A stretch of DNA of 64,000 nt from the human T2T-CHM13v2.0 reference genome, Homo sapiens: NCBI RefSeq assembly GCF_009914755.1, contig NC_060931.1; one strand, written 5' to 3'. Numbering within the stretch: the first letter of the stretch is position 1; each line of letters starts with the position of its first letter. The translations under genes and the position numbers were made by a program. The notes under the pieces are model-generated. The model was given only the letters and a program-made list of their open reading frames with translations, searched no databases and was not told the origin of the DNA. This document shows, in pieces, positions 41,607-56,601 of this stretch.

Positions 41607-42212
41607 GTACGCTATTCTTTTCTTAAACATACACGTTATTTGACTCATGAAATGTATTTTAATTCAGCCATTTGAGAGTATAAAAACTAGTTTGCAAACC
41701 CTGCTTGAACTAGGAATTGTCAGCAGGAATGGGCGATGCCAAGTGTCGCATGGGGCAGTGGACAAGCCAATGGAAAAACAATCTCTGGTGATATTTACTG
41801 CAAGCATCTCTTAGCTGTTTGGTGATTTTTATTCTGCACAGGAAATTATTAAGTTTTCACAAAAAGGCATAAGCTGAAATGGCAGGAGTCTCCTTAGTAG
41901 TTGCCTGGAGTCTAATTTAATTATAGTGAAGCAGCGTGGGTTTGTTTAGGCATGCACAGGTTTATGGGTCATAATGAATTTATTCATATTATAATTAAGG
42001 CTTTCATAATTAAATGAAAAGATATTCCTGTATTGTTAACATAAATGCTGAGACAAGGGTCTGCTCCTACTTAGGTAACAATGAGTCAAGCATTCCTTAC
42101 TATTTGATTTGGTTGTATGTGCCATCAAGGTTGAGTATTGAAGCCTCAGTTCTCTTCTAAATGATATATTACATAATACTCCTCTAAATATGACTTTTTT
42201 CCTACTTTTTAG

Positions 42213-42482
<270 letters not shown>

Positions 42483-43904
42483 TAGTCATTCATCTTTTGG
42501 CTTATTAGGGCTAAAAAAATCTATTGAGATTAATAGTATAATTTTTTATGTTACAGAAATAACTTATTTATAATTATACAGAGAGGTGTGTATGTATTGA
42601 AGGTATGTATGTATTGAAGTTTAAAAATGATAGGGGACCATTAGAGCAAGAAGGTAAAGATAGTAATGGTAAGTAGAATAAGTAAAAATGGGAGAACAAA
42701 AGAAATATCTATTGATTCACATTGATAAAAATAAATAATTGAGTAAATAAATGATGGAAAAGAAAAATCCCTTATAGTAGAATGAATATAACTCATAAGG
42801 ATAGTAGACGGGGATAGAAAATCACCTTTGGCAAACACCACAGTAATGATCATCAATACTGAAATTAGGAATGAGAAAAATTTACGTACAGACACAGAAT
42901 ATTGAGGTAGTTTCTCCAGAGATGCAAGTACATGGCAGGGAGAAAAACAATAACTTCACAATTACTTCAGCTGTACAGTTGTAACGCTTGGCAAGCAGCA
43001 CCTGAACCAAGTAATCCTAGTTAGGTCAGCAGTAACGCACGGGCCAGCATCATGTGTCTCCTGCTGAAAGGTACAACATCACTTCTGTGGCATTCTTACC
43101 AAAATGTATATCTGAATTTAATCATGAGGAAACCTCAGACCAGTCCAAGTGAAAGACATTCCACACAGTTCCTGGCTAGTACTCTTCAAAAGTATCAAGT
43201 CAACAGAAGCAAATGAAGACCTAGCAACTGTTCCAGATTACAGGAGACCCAGGGGACATAGCTGCAAGTGCAATCTGTGATCCTGGATCAGATCCTAGTT
43301 CAGAAAAAAGACATCAGTGTGACAGAGAACCAGATCTGCAGAAGGCATGTAGGCTAATTGATAGATTATAGCAACATTAATTTTGTGGTTTTGATCTTTG
43401 TACCAGGGTTATATAAAAGGTTAACATTTGGGGTTAAGAACATACGATAATATTTTCTTTTTGCAAGTGTGAATATGTATTTAGAGTAAGACCAAAACTT
43501 GCAACAAATCAGGAATTTCAAAACAACATGAAATGTATCCCAAACAAAAATCAATAAAAATAGCATAATATTTTGTATTAGTTAGCTGCCTGAAATATCT
43601 CTGTAATACTTTTTCCATCTCTTTTGATTGCTAGATACTCTTTGATCATATTTTCATGTGACAATAATTCTGTAATGTCATTCTCTATAGAAATAAGTCA
43701 GCCTTACCTCCGTCATGGCTGATTGAAATTCTTTATGATAGGTGGGATGCATATAGCATGCAACTTCACACACATTCTTACTGTGTATGGTATTGCTACA
43801 AGTTTGTGCCTGTAAATAAAGGCATGCAAATCAATTCCATTTCTTCTAATTAATAAAAGGAGATGTATTATGCACTTATAATTGTAAATGCTGTTTTTAA
43901 GGAT

Positions 43905-44315
43905 ATTCGTTTCCCAGTGCTGCCACAAGCAATTAGTACAAACTGGGTGGGTTAAAACAAAAGAAATGTATTCTCTCAGTGTCCTGGAGGCCAGAAGTCC
44001 AAAATGGCGCTGTTGGCAGGGTTCTACAGAAGAATCCTAACTTACCTTTCCCTGGTGGTTCCTGGCATTGCTTAGCTTGTGGCAGCGTCACTCCAATCTC
44101 TGCCTCTGACTTCACAAAACCTTCTTCTCTAGGTGTGATTGTACTCTCCCTTTCCTCTTCTTATAAGGATACCATTCATAGGATGTACAGCCAACTTTAA
44201 ACCAGTATGACCTCATCTTAACTACATCTGCAAAGACCCTATTTCCAAATAAGGTCAACATCCAGAGGTTCCAGGTGAATAAGAATTTTGAGATGACACA
44301 ATTCAACCCAGTACA
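43905..44315 (-). mobile_element. MLT1 MaLR LTR
   Basis: tggaggccagaagtccaaa...acatctgcaaagaccctatttccaaataaggtc...acacaattcaaccc. Confidence 0.85.
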
Positions 44316-44503
44316 TCAAGTATGTCCCTGATAGGGGAGAACTTCCATTTAGATTAGGCATCAATGAGAACGGAATCCTTCACTTACATTTGTTGTCTGG
44401 AAGACTTTTTCACAGCATCAAGCTAAGTACTTTTCATACTTTGTTCCTTATCCACTACTCACATATATTACTATGTTGATAGGTACCAGAGGTCTTTTGA
44501 TAG

Positions 44504-44875
<372 letters not shown>

Positions 44876-44909
44876 TAATTTTTTGTTTGTTTTTTGTGTG
44901 TGTTTCTTC

Positions 44910-45806
44910 TTTTTTATTTATTTTTATTTCAATAGCTTTTGTGGTACAAGTGGTTTTTGGTTACATGGATGAATTATATAGTGGTGAATTCTGAGATTTT
45001 AGTGCCACCACCAGAGTAGCCTACCCTGTACCTAACGTGCAGTCTTTTTATCCCACACCCTCCCACCCTCCGCCTCCTGAGTCTCCAATGTCCATTATAC
45101 CACTGTGTATGCCTTTGCATACTCGTATCTTAGCTTCCACTTATAAGTGAGAACATACAACATGAGTTACTTCACTTGGAATAATGACCTCCAGTTCCAT
45201 CCAAGCTGCTGCAAAGGACATTTTTTCATTCTTTTTTGTGGCTGAGTAGTATTCCATGGTGTATATATACCACATTTTCTTTATCCACTCATTGGTTCAT
45301 GGGCACTTAGGTTGGTTCCGTATCTTTGCAGTTGTGAATTGGGCTGCAATAAACATACGTATGCATGCATCTTTTTCATATAATGACTTCTTTTCCTTTG
45401 GGTAGACACCCAGTAGTGGGATTGCTGGATCGAGGGATAGATCCACTTTTAGTTATTCAAGGAGTCTTCATACTGTTCTCCATAGAGGTTGTACTAATTT
45501 ACATTCCCACCAGCAGTGTATAAGCATTCTCCTTGCACCACATCAACGCCAACATCTGTTGTTTTGTGACTTTTTAGTAATGGTCATTCTTGCAGGAATA
45601 AGGTGGTATCTCACTGTGGTTTTAATTTGCATTTCCCTGATGACGAGTGACGACCATTTTTTCATGTTTGTTGGCCATCTGCATATCTTCTTTTGGGAAA
45701 TATCTGTTCGTATCATTTGCCCTCTTTTTGATGGGATTATTTGTTTTTTTTTTTTCTTGCTGATTTGTTTGAGTTCCTCGTAGGTTCTGGATACTAGTCC
45801 TTTGCT
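44910..45806 (-). mobile_element. L1PB-type 3' fragment
   Basis: L1 3' UTR and ORF2 C-terminal sequence in reverse. Confidence 0.85.
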
Positions 45807-48800
45807 GAGAATTCTTCATACTGTTTTTACAACCTTTTGTAAATCTGAAATTATTTTAAACCGAAAAGTTAGAAATATGATTTTTTATTGATAGGCATGG
45901 AAAATAGGTTTGGTTGAGGATGGCGTGTCTTGGCGCAGGTCAGATGGATCTGGAGGTGCTGGAAGATCTGTGTGTTGGAGTCACACAAGGTGGAGGGGAC
46001 CTGTTTCCACAGCGACGCCAGGGGAGATATTTGATGCTGTCTTCCTCTGAACTTCTGCTAACAAGCTCGATGTCTTCTAGAAAACAGCATGGCTCATGAA
46101 CGTGTTGAGACTTGGAATAATGTCGTACAGTAGTTTAGTGAAGATCTTCTGTTGTACCTGTATGGTTTATGTAGATGACCAAATAGTTTCATCATAATCA
46201 ATCTTAAGAGTTTTATCAGGAAAAATTTAAATTAGATATAAAGAGGAACGTCCCAATTTGGAAAATAAGTAAAGTTATTAAGGAAAATAGATGAGACCTT
46301 TTTTCAGGACCTCTTTATGGAAAAAATCTTGATTGTGCGTATTAGTTACTAATGACATTGAACCATATGCTCTTTACTGTCTATACATAATATTCCACTT
46401 GGATTTCTGTCTTTTCTTGCTGATTTACTGGAGTTCTTTGCATATTCTACATAGTAATCTCTTGTTGATTTAGCCACTGAAAATATCTTCTGTTCTTTTA
46501 CCATCTTTTAAATTATATCTATTGTTTTATATTGAATACAATTTTCATTCTGATTAATGTTAAATCCATTGTTTTGTTTTGTTTTGTTTTTTTCACTTTA
46601 TTGCTGTTTGGGAGAGACTTTAGATATACTTCACCATTCTGAGAGTGCAAAGATTTTCCTACATTTTCTTTATTTACCTTTAACCTTTTACCTTTCACAT
46701 TTAGATGTCACCACAGTTTGTTTTGCTTATGATACTGGGAAAATCGACGAGATTAAAGCGTGTTTTGTTCTCTCCTTCCAAGGCTTCTGCTTCTATGTCA
46801 GTATTGCACTGTTTTGATTAATAGAGTCTTGCAATATGTCTTAATAGCTGCTAGGAAAAGACGTTTCCTCTTTTTTTTTTTCCTAAAACTGCCTCATTTT
46901 CTACATAAAATTCTGCTGGAGATTTTTTTTGAATTGGATTTATAGATCGGGGAAATACTGTATTTACAGTGTTATCATCTGATCCACAAATATGGTAGCA
47001 TCTCACACCATTTAGGTCTTTTTGTCTCTGATTCCTAGGGGTTTTCTGAGTAAGTTGATCTCTGCAGTGATTCTTATTGTCTGTGCCTCTCTACTTTTAT
47101 GCCCCTTCTTTTTTTTCCCTGCTTTTTTTTTAATCTGGCCAGGATCTCCTGAGCTGTGGTGAATACGAGTAGTAATACCTAGCATTTCTGTCTCGTTCCT
47201 TAGCCTAACACGTTTCATTTACTTACTTATGTGATGTTTGCCCTTTGTTTATTGTTGTTTTGTGTTGTTTGTTGGCCTTTATCTAATTATAAAATTTCCC
47301 TTTTAGCCAGTTGCTACAGGTTTTTAAACTCATTAATAGGTGTACTTTTTTAAATGCTTTTTTTCCTGCAACTTTTTAGATGAGCGTGTTTGTTGTGGGT
47401 TTTCTCCTTGAGTTTGTTTGTGCCGTAAATTACAGTGACAGACTCTGATGTTGAATCTTCGTGCATAGCTTGAATAAACCCTACTTGCCCACGGTGTTTT
47501 TCACATTCACTGTTGCATTCTGATAACTAATTCTCGTTTACGATGTTTGACGTTTAACCATGGATTACCCTGGACTATGATTGTCCTTGTCTGGTTTTAT
47601 TATCAAAGCCATATAAGCTTCACCAAATAAGTTGGGCAGTGTTCCCTCTTTTTCAGGATTCTGGAATAACAGAAAATAGGGATGATATGTTCCTTAAAAG
47701 TTTGGGGAAACTCACTTGTAAAATCATCTGGGCCTGAGGCTTTTTTTCCTTTAAGCGGGGTGAGGAGAGGTGATGGGTTAGGATGCATTTGGCTGCAAAT
47801 ATACAAGCAACACACTGAAAGTGATGTAAAGCTTAATGGTGTGTGTCATTGTTCACAGCAGTTCTGGTTTGGTGGCTTATTGATGTTTGCCGGGACCAGC
47901 CTCCTTCCGGTGCTGCCGTCGGGAGGTGCTGCCCCGTGCATGGACACAAGAGGGTGCACAGCCCCAGGGTCAGTCCTCAACAACAAGGGAGGAGCCAGAA
48001 AGGCAGGGGAGAAAGCTCCCAACAGACCTTCCTTCCGCTTCACCTGAGACGGTCACATGCCCATTGATAGTCTAAAAATTGGCAAAGGGTAGCAAGACTT
48101 CCACGACATGCTTAGATCCATCAAGAGACCTCTGTGAGGCTGAGCCCATTTCCACTGACGCGCAGTGGGGTTCTAAAGGCAAGATGGGTGCTGGACGTGC
48201 TATTGATTTTAAACATTATTACATTGTGGCCAGAGAGCACAGCAGTTTGCTGAAATCTGTCAATACAATTTACCTATTCTCCCTCCCGTTCTAAGGTCTT
48301 GATTAGTTTATAAATATAAGGCCAGGTTTGCATGATGGGGAGATGTGGATGTTTGAAGTTGAGGCAGTTGACATTGACCATAGCAGAGTCTGGATTGTAC
48401 AGCAAGTGCCCACCCAAGTCTAAGAGGAAGGGTGGTGCTGGGGGCCCTGTCTCTCCCTGCTCCCACACCTTGAGCCAAAGGCAAAGAGCTGCCCTGAGGC
48501 AGCGCCCCTCCTCCGCAACCTCAGTCTCAGCCTCTTCAGTCTTACTGTTCATTTGTTTCTCTGCAGGCCAGGTGCTCTCTCACTAATGGCCATCTGCACA
48601 TCCTTTTCCTCCATCTAGAAAACCTCCCCCTTCACCTGCTGCTGTTACTCTTAACCCTGCGGGTCTCCATTTAATGCCACTTTGGTCAAGTAACCTTCTC
48701 TGGGGTCACAGCCCCATGCATCCTGCACACCATTCTCCATAGCGTTCATCACACTTGTAGCTGCTTGATTCTTATCAGAAGATCCATGGGCATAGTTTTA

Positions 48801-48852
48801 GAAGTAAAATTGTTCTATGAGGATTATAACAGAAAGTGTAGCATTCCCCTGA

Positions 48853-49234
<382 letters not shown>

Positions 49235-50236
49235 TAATAATTCTAAATAACATGTCTACGCTGCTGTTTTGTTAATTTTCAGTTCTGGATATCTCTTCTT
49301 ACTGCAGAAGATCGAGATTTAGCATATTGTTTTCATAACTTGTGGTTAGACTAATAACATTCAGTGTTTACTCTGTTACAATTCCGTGACTTCACTCACA
49401 GCTGAGCAATGTGGTGTTCTATATTACAGTTTCCTTCTCAGACATTTTTCTATTCTACCTGAAGTTCTGTCTCATTTTTTCACATTTTAGTTTCCTCTAT
49501 CATCACTCATCACTGATTCATCCCTAAAATCTCCTCCAGAAATACATTATCTCAATACATTAAAATATACCAGGGCACTTTATCAATGGGGACGTTGCTT
49601 CTGGAATCCTCCGTGGTCCCCTCCCCCGACCCTCCCCGGGCTCCCTCTTGAGCAGCATCCCGGGACCCTGGGCTCTCTCCTTGGATTCTGTCTCCCTGGA
49701 CCTCATGGCGGCCTCCTCCTTGGTTTCTTCCCTCGTAGTGGCGACGCTTCTCTGTCAGTAGCTCCCTGGAGGAGTGCGGAGGAGACCCACACAGAAGCTC
49801 ACATGTGTAACAATGTCTTTGCTCTTTTCTCACATTTGATTGATAGCTAATAAGGAATCTTGATATGGAAATCTTTCCTTCCTCCGAATTTTGAAGGAAT
49901 TGTCTTCTCCTGTCTGTTGTGCTGTGGATGAGTCTGATGCAGTTCTGATTCCTGATCCTTTTTTGAGGCCTGTTTTTTTGAGTCTGCTTTCTGTCTCCGA
50001 GATTCTCACAGTGACGGGATTCGATGTTCTGAGTACTTACTGGGCCCTCTCAAACCAGAAGCTCATGTCCTTTGCTTCTGGGAGATGTTTTGGACTATTT
50101 TCTTTAAAATTTTTACTCCCCATTTTCCATGTTTTCTTTCTAAAATGCCAGTTTTTCAGATGTCACAACAACACCTAGACCGGTCCCTTGATTTTCTTAT
50201 TTTCTGTCTCCTGATATATGTTTTTCTGTGAGATTA

Positions 50237-51154
50237 CAGTCACGTGCCACATAGCAATGTTTCAATCAACAATAAACCACAGTGCTCCCATAAAATTATA
50301 ATGGAGTTGAAAAATTCCTACCACTTCATGACGTCTTGATGACTCTGACCCTGTGTTGGCCTAGGCTAATATGTGTGTTTGTGTCTTAGTTTTTAACAAA
50401 AAAGTTAAAAAAAAAAGATTTGAGAAATAGAAAAAGCTTATAGAATAAGGATAAGAAAGAAAATATTTTGTATTAACTGAAAAATTAGCTGAGCATGGTA
50501 TTGTGTGCCTTTGGTCCCAGCTTCTCAGGAGGCTGAGGTGGGAGGATAGCTTGAGCCCAGGAGACACAGCCTGCAGTGAGCCATGACCACATCACTACGT
50601 GCTAGCCTGGACAACATACTGTTTTAAGCTAAATGTTATTGTAAAAAATTTAAAAGTTTAGAGAGTAAAAAAGTTATAGGAAGCTAACTTTAATTTATTA
50701 TTAAAGAAAATATATTTTTATAAATTTAGTGTAGCGTAAGTGTAGACTGTTTATGATGTCTACAGTGGTGTACAGTCATGTCCTAGGCCTTCACACTCAC
50801 TCAGCACTCACTCACTGACTCACCCAGAGCAACTTCCAGGCCTGCAAGCTCCATTCATGGTGAGTGCCCTACACAGGTACACCATTTTTAATCTTTTATA
50901 CATATTTTTACTATACCTTTTCCATGTTTGGAAGCACAGATCCTTACCATTGTGTTACAGTTACCTGCAGTATTCAGTACAGTAACATGCTGTGCAGGTG
51001 TGTAGTCTAATCAGCTGTACCGTGTAGCTTTGGTGTGTGGTGGGCTGTACCAGCTAAGCATGTATACATATGCTGTGATGTTAGCAAGATGACGAAATCG
51101 CCTAACAGCACATTTCTTAACAACAATCGCCTGTTGTTAAGCATCTCAGGACTG
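50237..51154. mobile_element. Tigger3-type DNA transposon with an Alu right monomer inserted at about 50480-50615 (+)
   Basis: TA-cagtc...gactg-TA termini; ggccttcacactcactcagcactcactcactgactcacccagagcaacttccag. Confidence 0.8.
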
Positions 51155-51848
51155 TATCTTAGCTTTCTCTTCCAGCCTTTCAGTGGACGTTCACATTTCT
51201 ACTCTAAAAGCCCAAGAGCTCTTTCTGTACTCGAAAGTGTCCCTTCATAGTTTTCTGTCATGTTTTGTCGATGTAACATTTTGTCTTCCATTTCTGAAGA
51301 TATCCTTGTAAGTCGATGCTTTTTTATGCATTGACCCGTCTTTGGGGTGCGGGGAGGTGGTGGAAGGTGAACTTCGCTTCCTGCATTTTGCCTGAGGATG
51401 TTGCAGTTGCTTTTTCAAAGTGAGTGTTTCCCACCGCACTATCAGCTCGATGCCGAGACAGCACATGGTGGGTACCCACGTGTTATTGAAATAAGAACTT
51501 TATTCTGACCGTGATGATACGTCATAGAAAGTTTTTAGCAGGGGAGGTGCAGATTGATGTAGAGGCCACTGGTGGCAGAGCAAGGTGAGCTGGGAGAGGC
51601 AGTGCTGAAGGCTGAGGGCTGAGGCAGGTGAGAACTGGGAGAAACTTGGGCCAATACGTGTGAACAATGAGTATTCCTCAGTTTTTCTTTCATAAACTTG
51701 GATATCACTCCTGCTTGCCTTATTGAGTTATTGGGAAATGAAATAAGATATGGGAAATGCTTTGTAAATAAAAAATAAACGTATTGAAAATGTCAGGTAT
51801 TATTACCACTGACTTTTGCGCCCTCATAGAAAAACGGCATCCTATATA

Positions 51849-52155
51849 CAGTCCACCATTTGTATCCGTGGGTTTGGCATCCACAGATTCAACCAGCCAC
51901 AGATCAAAATTTTAATAAATGAATAAAAAATAACAATACAACAATATAATAAAAATAATACAGATTAAAAACAATATAGTATAACAGCTATTTACATAGC
52001 ACTTGCATTAGGAATTATTGGTAATCGAGATGACTGGCAGTATACAGGAGGATATGCATGGGTTGTATGCAAATACTCCACCATCTTCTATCAGGGACTT
52101 GAGCATCCTTGGAATGTCCTGGAACACATTCCCTGTGGATACCAATGGACAGCTT
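51849..52155. mobile_element. MER2 Tigger MITE
   Basis: gtatccgtgggt...catccacagattcaacca...ccctgtggatacc. Confidence 0.8.
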
Positions 52156-52197
52156 CTATTGTGAAATAAAGTATGTGATCTATATGTAGTTCTTTAA

Positions 52198-52449
<252 letters not shown>

Positions 52450-52937
52450 TGAGCTAGAGAGCTCCTGGGCTGTTTCCTAGGGACGAGGCCCAGAGCTGGA
52501 GCCTAAGATTCCAAGCTTCCTTTTTCCAGTTTCATCCTCCTGTGTGAGCCTCACACACTTCCATTTTGTTTTCCATTAATTAAAGTGTGTGAAGAGCTAA
52601 ACACCCTCATTAAATAGTTTTGTTTGTTTACTAACTGGTATTCTCAAGTACTAAAGTTTGTACAAAAGGAATGTTTCTGTTCAACAGGCCCCATGCGGCT
52701 GTGCAGACAACTGGGGGGCTTCCCAGGAGCAGCTGTGTCCCAGCGCGGGAAGGATGAAAGCAGAGGGACTCTTAAGTGGTTTTGTGATTTGAGTCAGAAA
52801 AGAAAAAAAAAACTGTGCTTGAATGTCTCCAAAGAATTTGTGAGAGAATCTTTAAGAAAAGTAAAATCTTTTAATGATTTTTATTCATGAAACTTTACCA
52901 TAGTAAGACTGATGATACTACTCTGGGTTAACAGATA

Positions 52938-52941
52938 ATAT

Positions 52942-52992
<51 letters not shown>

Positions 52993-53033
52993 ATGCATAT
53001 ATATATATATATAGAGAGAGAGAGAATGCATAT
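52938..53033. repeat. Compound (CG)n(CA)n(GA)n(TA)n microsatellite
   Basis: Direct reading; the alternating purine-pyrimidine part has Z-DNA potential. Confidence 0.95.
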
Positions 53034-55255
53034 AGGGTTTTTTCTATACATATTTTGTCTGCCTAACTAAACTATTGTCCCCTGAAGTTGGGGACACTTA
53101 GATTTATCAGAAGTGTGTGTGTGCGTGCACGTGCGTGCGTGGTTGCCCTGTAACAATTTCCCACGTGGTGTGGCATTACGCTTCCTGCATAGCAGGCCCT
53201 CAGAGATTTGCTGAGAAAACACAGCAAATACAGTTAAAATCAGCCTTGGAGTTTGTAGCCTAGGAACCCAGGCTTATTACAATCTGGGCAAATGAACTCT
53301 GAGTCTTCATTGAATTTGAGTAGGTTTCATCAGCAAGAAAGCTCACAACAGTTACACTTCTATTCACTAATTTGAATTCATAAGTTACTTTAGACATACT
53401 TATTATATTCCAGTTCTCTATCAGGACCTAATCTTACATATGTGAAAGTTGGGTATTTTGGACAGATTTTAGCCCTGAAACCACAAATTGTCTAGGATAA
53501 TTTAGTAATTTAATGTAGCAAAACTGTGAATAAAGCCAGAGGGTGTCTTTCTGGCTAAGCACCCTCTTTCTTACTTATACTAAAATATCCAACCCGAGTG
53601 TCTGTATGAAGAATGAAAAGTGAAAGTTACTATCTTATGGGGATCAGGGTGTACCCTGCCCAACATTTCTTTCTGATTTTTATAAATTTCTCACTAAATT
53701 CCATTATTTTTACTTGGTTTTGATATAAGACCCATCCTGTATATTTTGCATTTCCAGTGATCATTTCCATGTTCAGATTTTTCCTTAGTTATAAACAATA
53801 GTTGGCATTTTTATAACATTTAGTGATTTCAGAGGGCCTTCAATTAATTCCGTATAGTAGGCATTCTGCCCATTTAGCAGATGAGGGAATAAAAACAATT
53901 CAAATGACTCATAGTAGGCCGACGCAGAAAGTATCAGAGTCCTGCTGGAATCCAATCCTAACTTCTAGGCCATTTTTAGTGTGTTTTCCACTACTTAATC
54001 CTTGATTTTTGTTACATCAGAGAATGTTTGCCAATAACAAATATTTGGGGACACTTAAAAAGATAACACTTTAATATACTGACGTCTAATGTTGCTCCAT
54101 ATAGATAGAATATATGTTGATAAAACACTGAAAAGTATTCTATAAAGAATGAATTAAGTATAGAAAAGATTGCTATTAAATGGTGGTAATGAAAAAGGAC
54201 CCTATTACTGAGTTTATTCAATTCAGACTTACTCTTGGCAATAAGTTTCAAGAAAAGGTTTTACAACTTTCTGAGTTCTAGTTATTTCTGTATTTCTTCC
54301 ATTTAAGAAGAAAAGCATACATTGAGTGAAGGCAGGTGGGATTCACTTTAAAAACTGTTAAGTTTTCCCCACAGCAGGCATCCTGGGCCGGCTGAGATTG
54401 AAACCTCACCCAGGAGTGCCCCAGACTGTGGTCACCCAAGTCAGATTCTTGACAAAAAGGGAAAACCCTTCGCCTGACCCCACCGCTTTGCTCAGTCTCA
54501 CAAGTTTCCCCTGCTTTCCTCCCCGTTGCTGAAAGCAGCCCCTCCCAAGGGAAGCAGGAGCCTGGCCTTTGTGTGGCAGCCCGCAGGGCCTGGCGCTGGT
54601 GGGCTGGCGGCTGTCCCTTCTACTAAGTACCCACTGCCTTCTTCTTCATTTGGTCTAAGCTTCAGTCTTTTGTCACAGCCCAGTATATCACTGTTTAGTG
54701 GGGAATTTGGGTCACAGAAAGGTGAAGTTTTCTTGTGAGCACACTTTCCCTGCATTTAAAAAAGAAAAAAGACTCCATGATTTGTTGCTATTTAAATTTA
54801 AGACTGTCAGAATTATATCTCAGTAGAGCTATGATTTCACAAAAATTGGGGGGCATAACTGAGCTGAACAAAGACCTAAATGGTATTTACTTAGCGTTTC
54901 CCTGGCCCCACTGGACAGGCCCCCCTCCTCACCCCTCCAGTTTGCAGTCACTGCCCGCATCTAAGGGAAACTTTCATTTTGTCATTGTTTCGCTCTTAAG
55001 TATACACTCATTTTAATAGTTAAATATCAAACTTCATGTGTTTATTTGATATTTCAGATCATGAATTTTTGTTATTTAGAGTATATACTTGTGCTGTGCT
55101 AAACAAACAATAAATAGTATAAATATCAAAGTTATTAATTTGCTTTTTTAAAGAAATAATACAGCTTACCTTCTAAGCATTCAGGATTTTAACTGTTGGA
55201 TACATGCTGCTTCTCTTTTGTAAACTTCAACGTCGTTCTGTTTCCTCATGAACAG

Positions 55256-55288
55256 GTGCTGCTTTCATGCTCCCATGTGTTCCACAAA
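55256..55288 (+). CDS. RNF32: RNF32 33-nt exon (VLLSCSHVFHK)
   Basis: aacag acceptor, AAA|GTAAGT donor, supplies C-x-H-x2-H of the RING-H2. Confidence 0.94.
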
Positions 55289-55827
55289 GTAAGTCCACCC
55301 CTCACGCCTGCCCAGGTGCTGCACATGTCGCTCTCACAGTGCAGAGAAACCATAGTCATTTTCAAGGCTCCTAAGGAGAGCCATTTATTTTATTCATCAC
55401 CACCATCTATAGTTAAAGAAACATGACTGTAGGCTGCAGTACAATTCATCCTATTTTGAAAATCATGAGTTTTGTGACAAAAGAACCACAAATGTTTATG
55501 TAACAGATTGTTGTCAGTAATGCATGTCAAAGTGACAGCTAAATTCACATGATCGATCTGCATGTGGCCCCATACACACGCGTGACTCACCTTTGTGCTA
55601 GTGGATTTCAGAAGTTTTTGATGTCTCTGCATGTATATTCTTGTAAGAAATCATTTTTGGAACAGGTTTTGTGAGGAAGGTGGTAGCACCTGATGAAGCC
55701 TCCTCACTTTATAACCTAAATTGGGCTAAGTCTCATAGTTATGGGAGAAAAGAACACTATAATTAGAACACTAACATTGGAAGTAAAAACGTTGTTTATA
55801 AGTAATTACTTGTAAAATTTTAAGTGA

Positions 55828-55968
<141 letters not shown>

Positions 55969-56135
55969 TGAGGACGCCAGGCCCGTTTGGCGCTAAGCAG
56001 ACACAGATCAGGCTATGACAACTAACTTGTTTTTTGAATAGTGGGATTTTATCTCTCTTCTTGGCCACCATAATTTCCCCAGGGCCTTGTACAGCACAGG
56101 GCTTATAACAACTACTGAAGTATTGGTTGACATAG

Positions 56136-56354
<219 letters not shown>

Positions 56355-56577
56355 TAACAGAGGTGGTAAAACTTTGAGACTTACTTCACTTTGAGGGCTT
56401 TTTAAAAATGGGTGAGATGCTGCTAAAAATCCTGTTTAACTTTAGTTGGCTTTCCAACCTAGATGTTCAAATACTTCTAGACTTTCTTTTCTAGTTAAAT
56501 CATAAAATTAGGTTAAATCAAAGCAACTTCTGTTTGGCCATTTTGTGCTAATTGTTTAAATAAACTTATCTCTTCAG

Positions 56578-56601
56578 ACACAAGACTGGAAACCAGCTTA
56601 A
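56578..56601 (+). CDS. RNF32: Candidate alternative terminal exon of RNF32 (TQDWKPA-stop), giving a 235-aa isoform
   Basis: tctcttcag acceptor in phase 0, in-frame TAA at 56599-601, AATAAA at 56684-89. Confidence 0.65.
   Translation, partial: TQDWKPA

Noticed and set aside
45915-46220. Coding-looking intronic segment, possibly a retrocopy or antisense exon
   Set aside because: The frames I translated match nothing I recognise; no TSD or poly(A). Needs BLAST.
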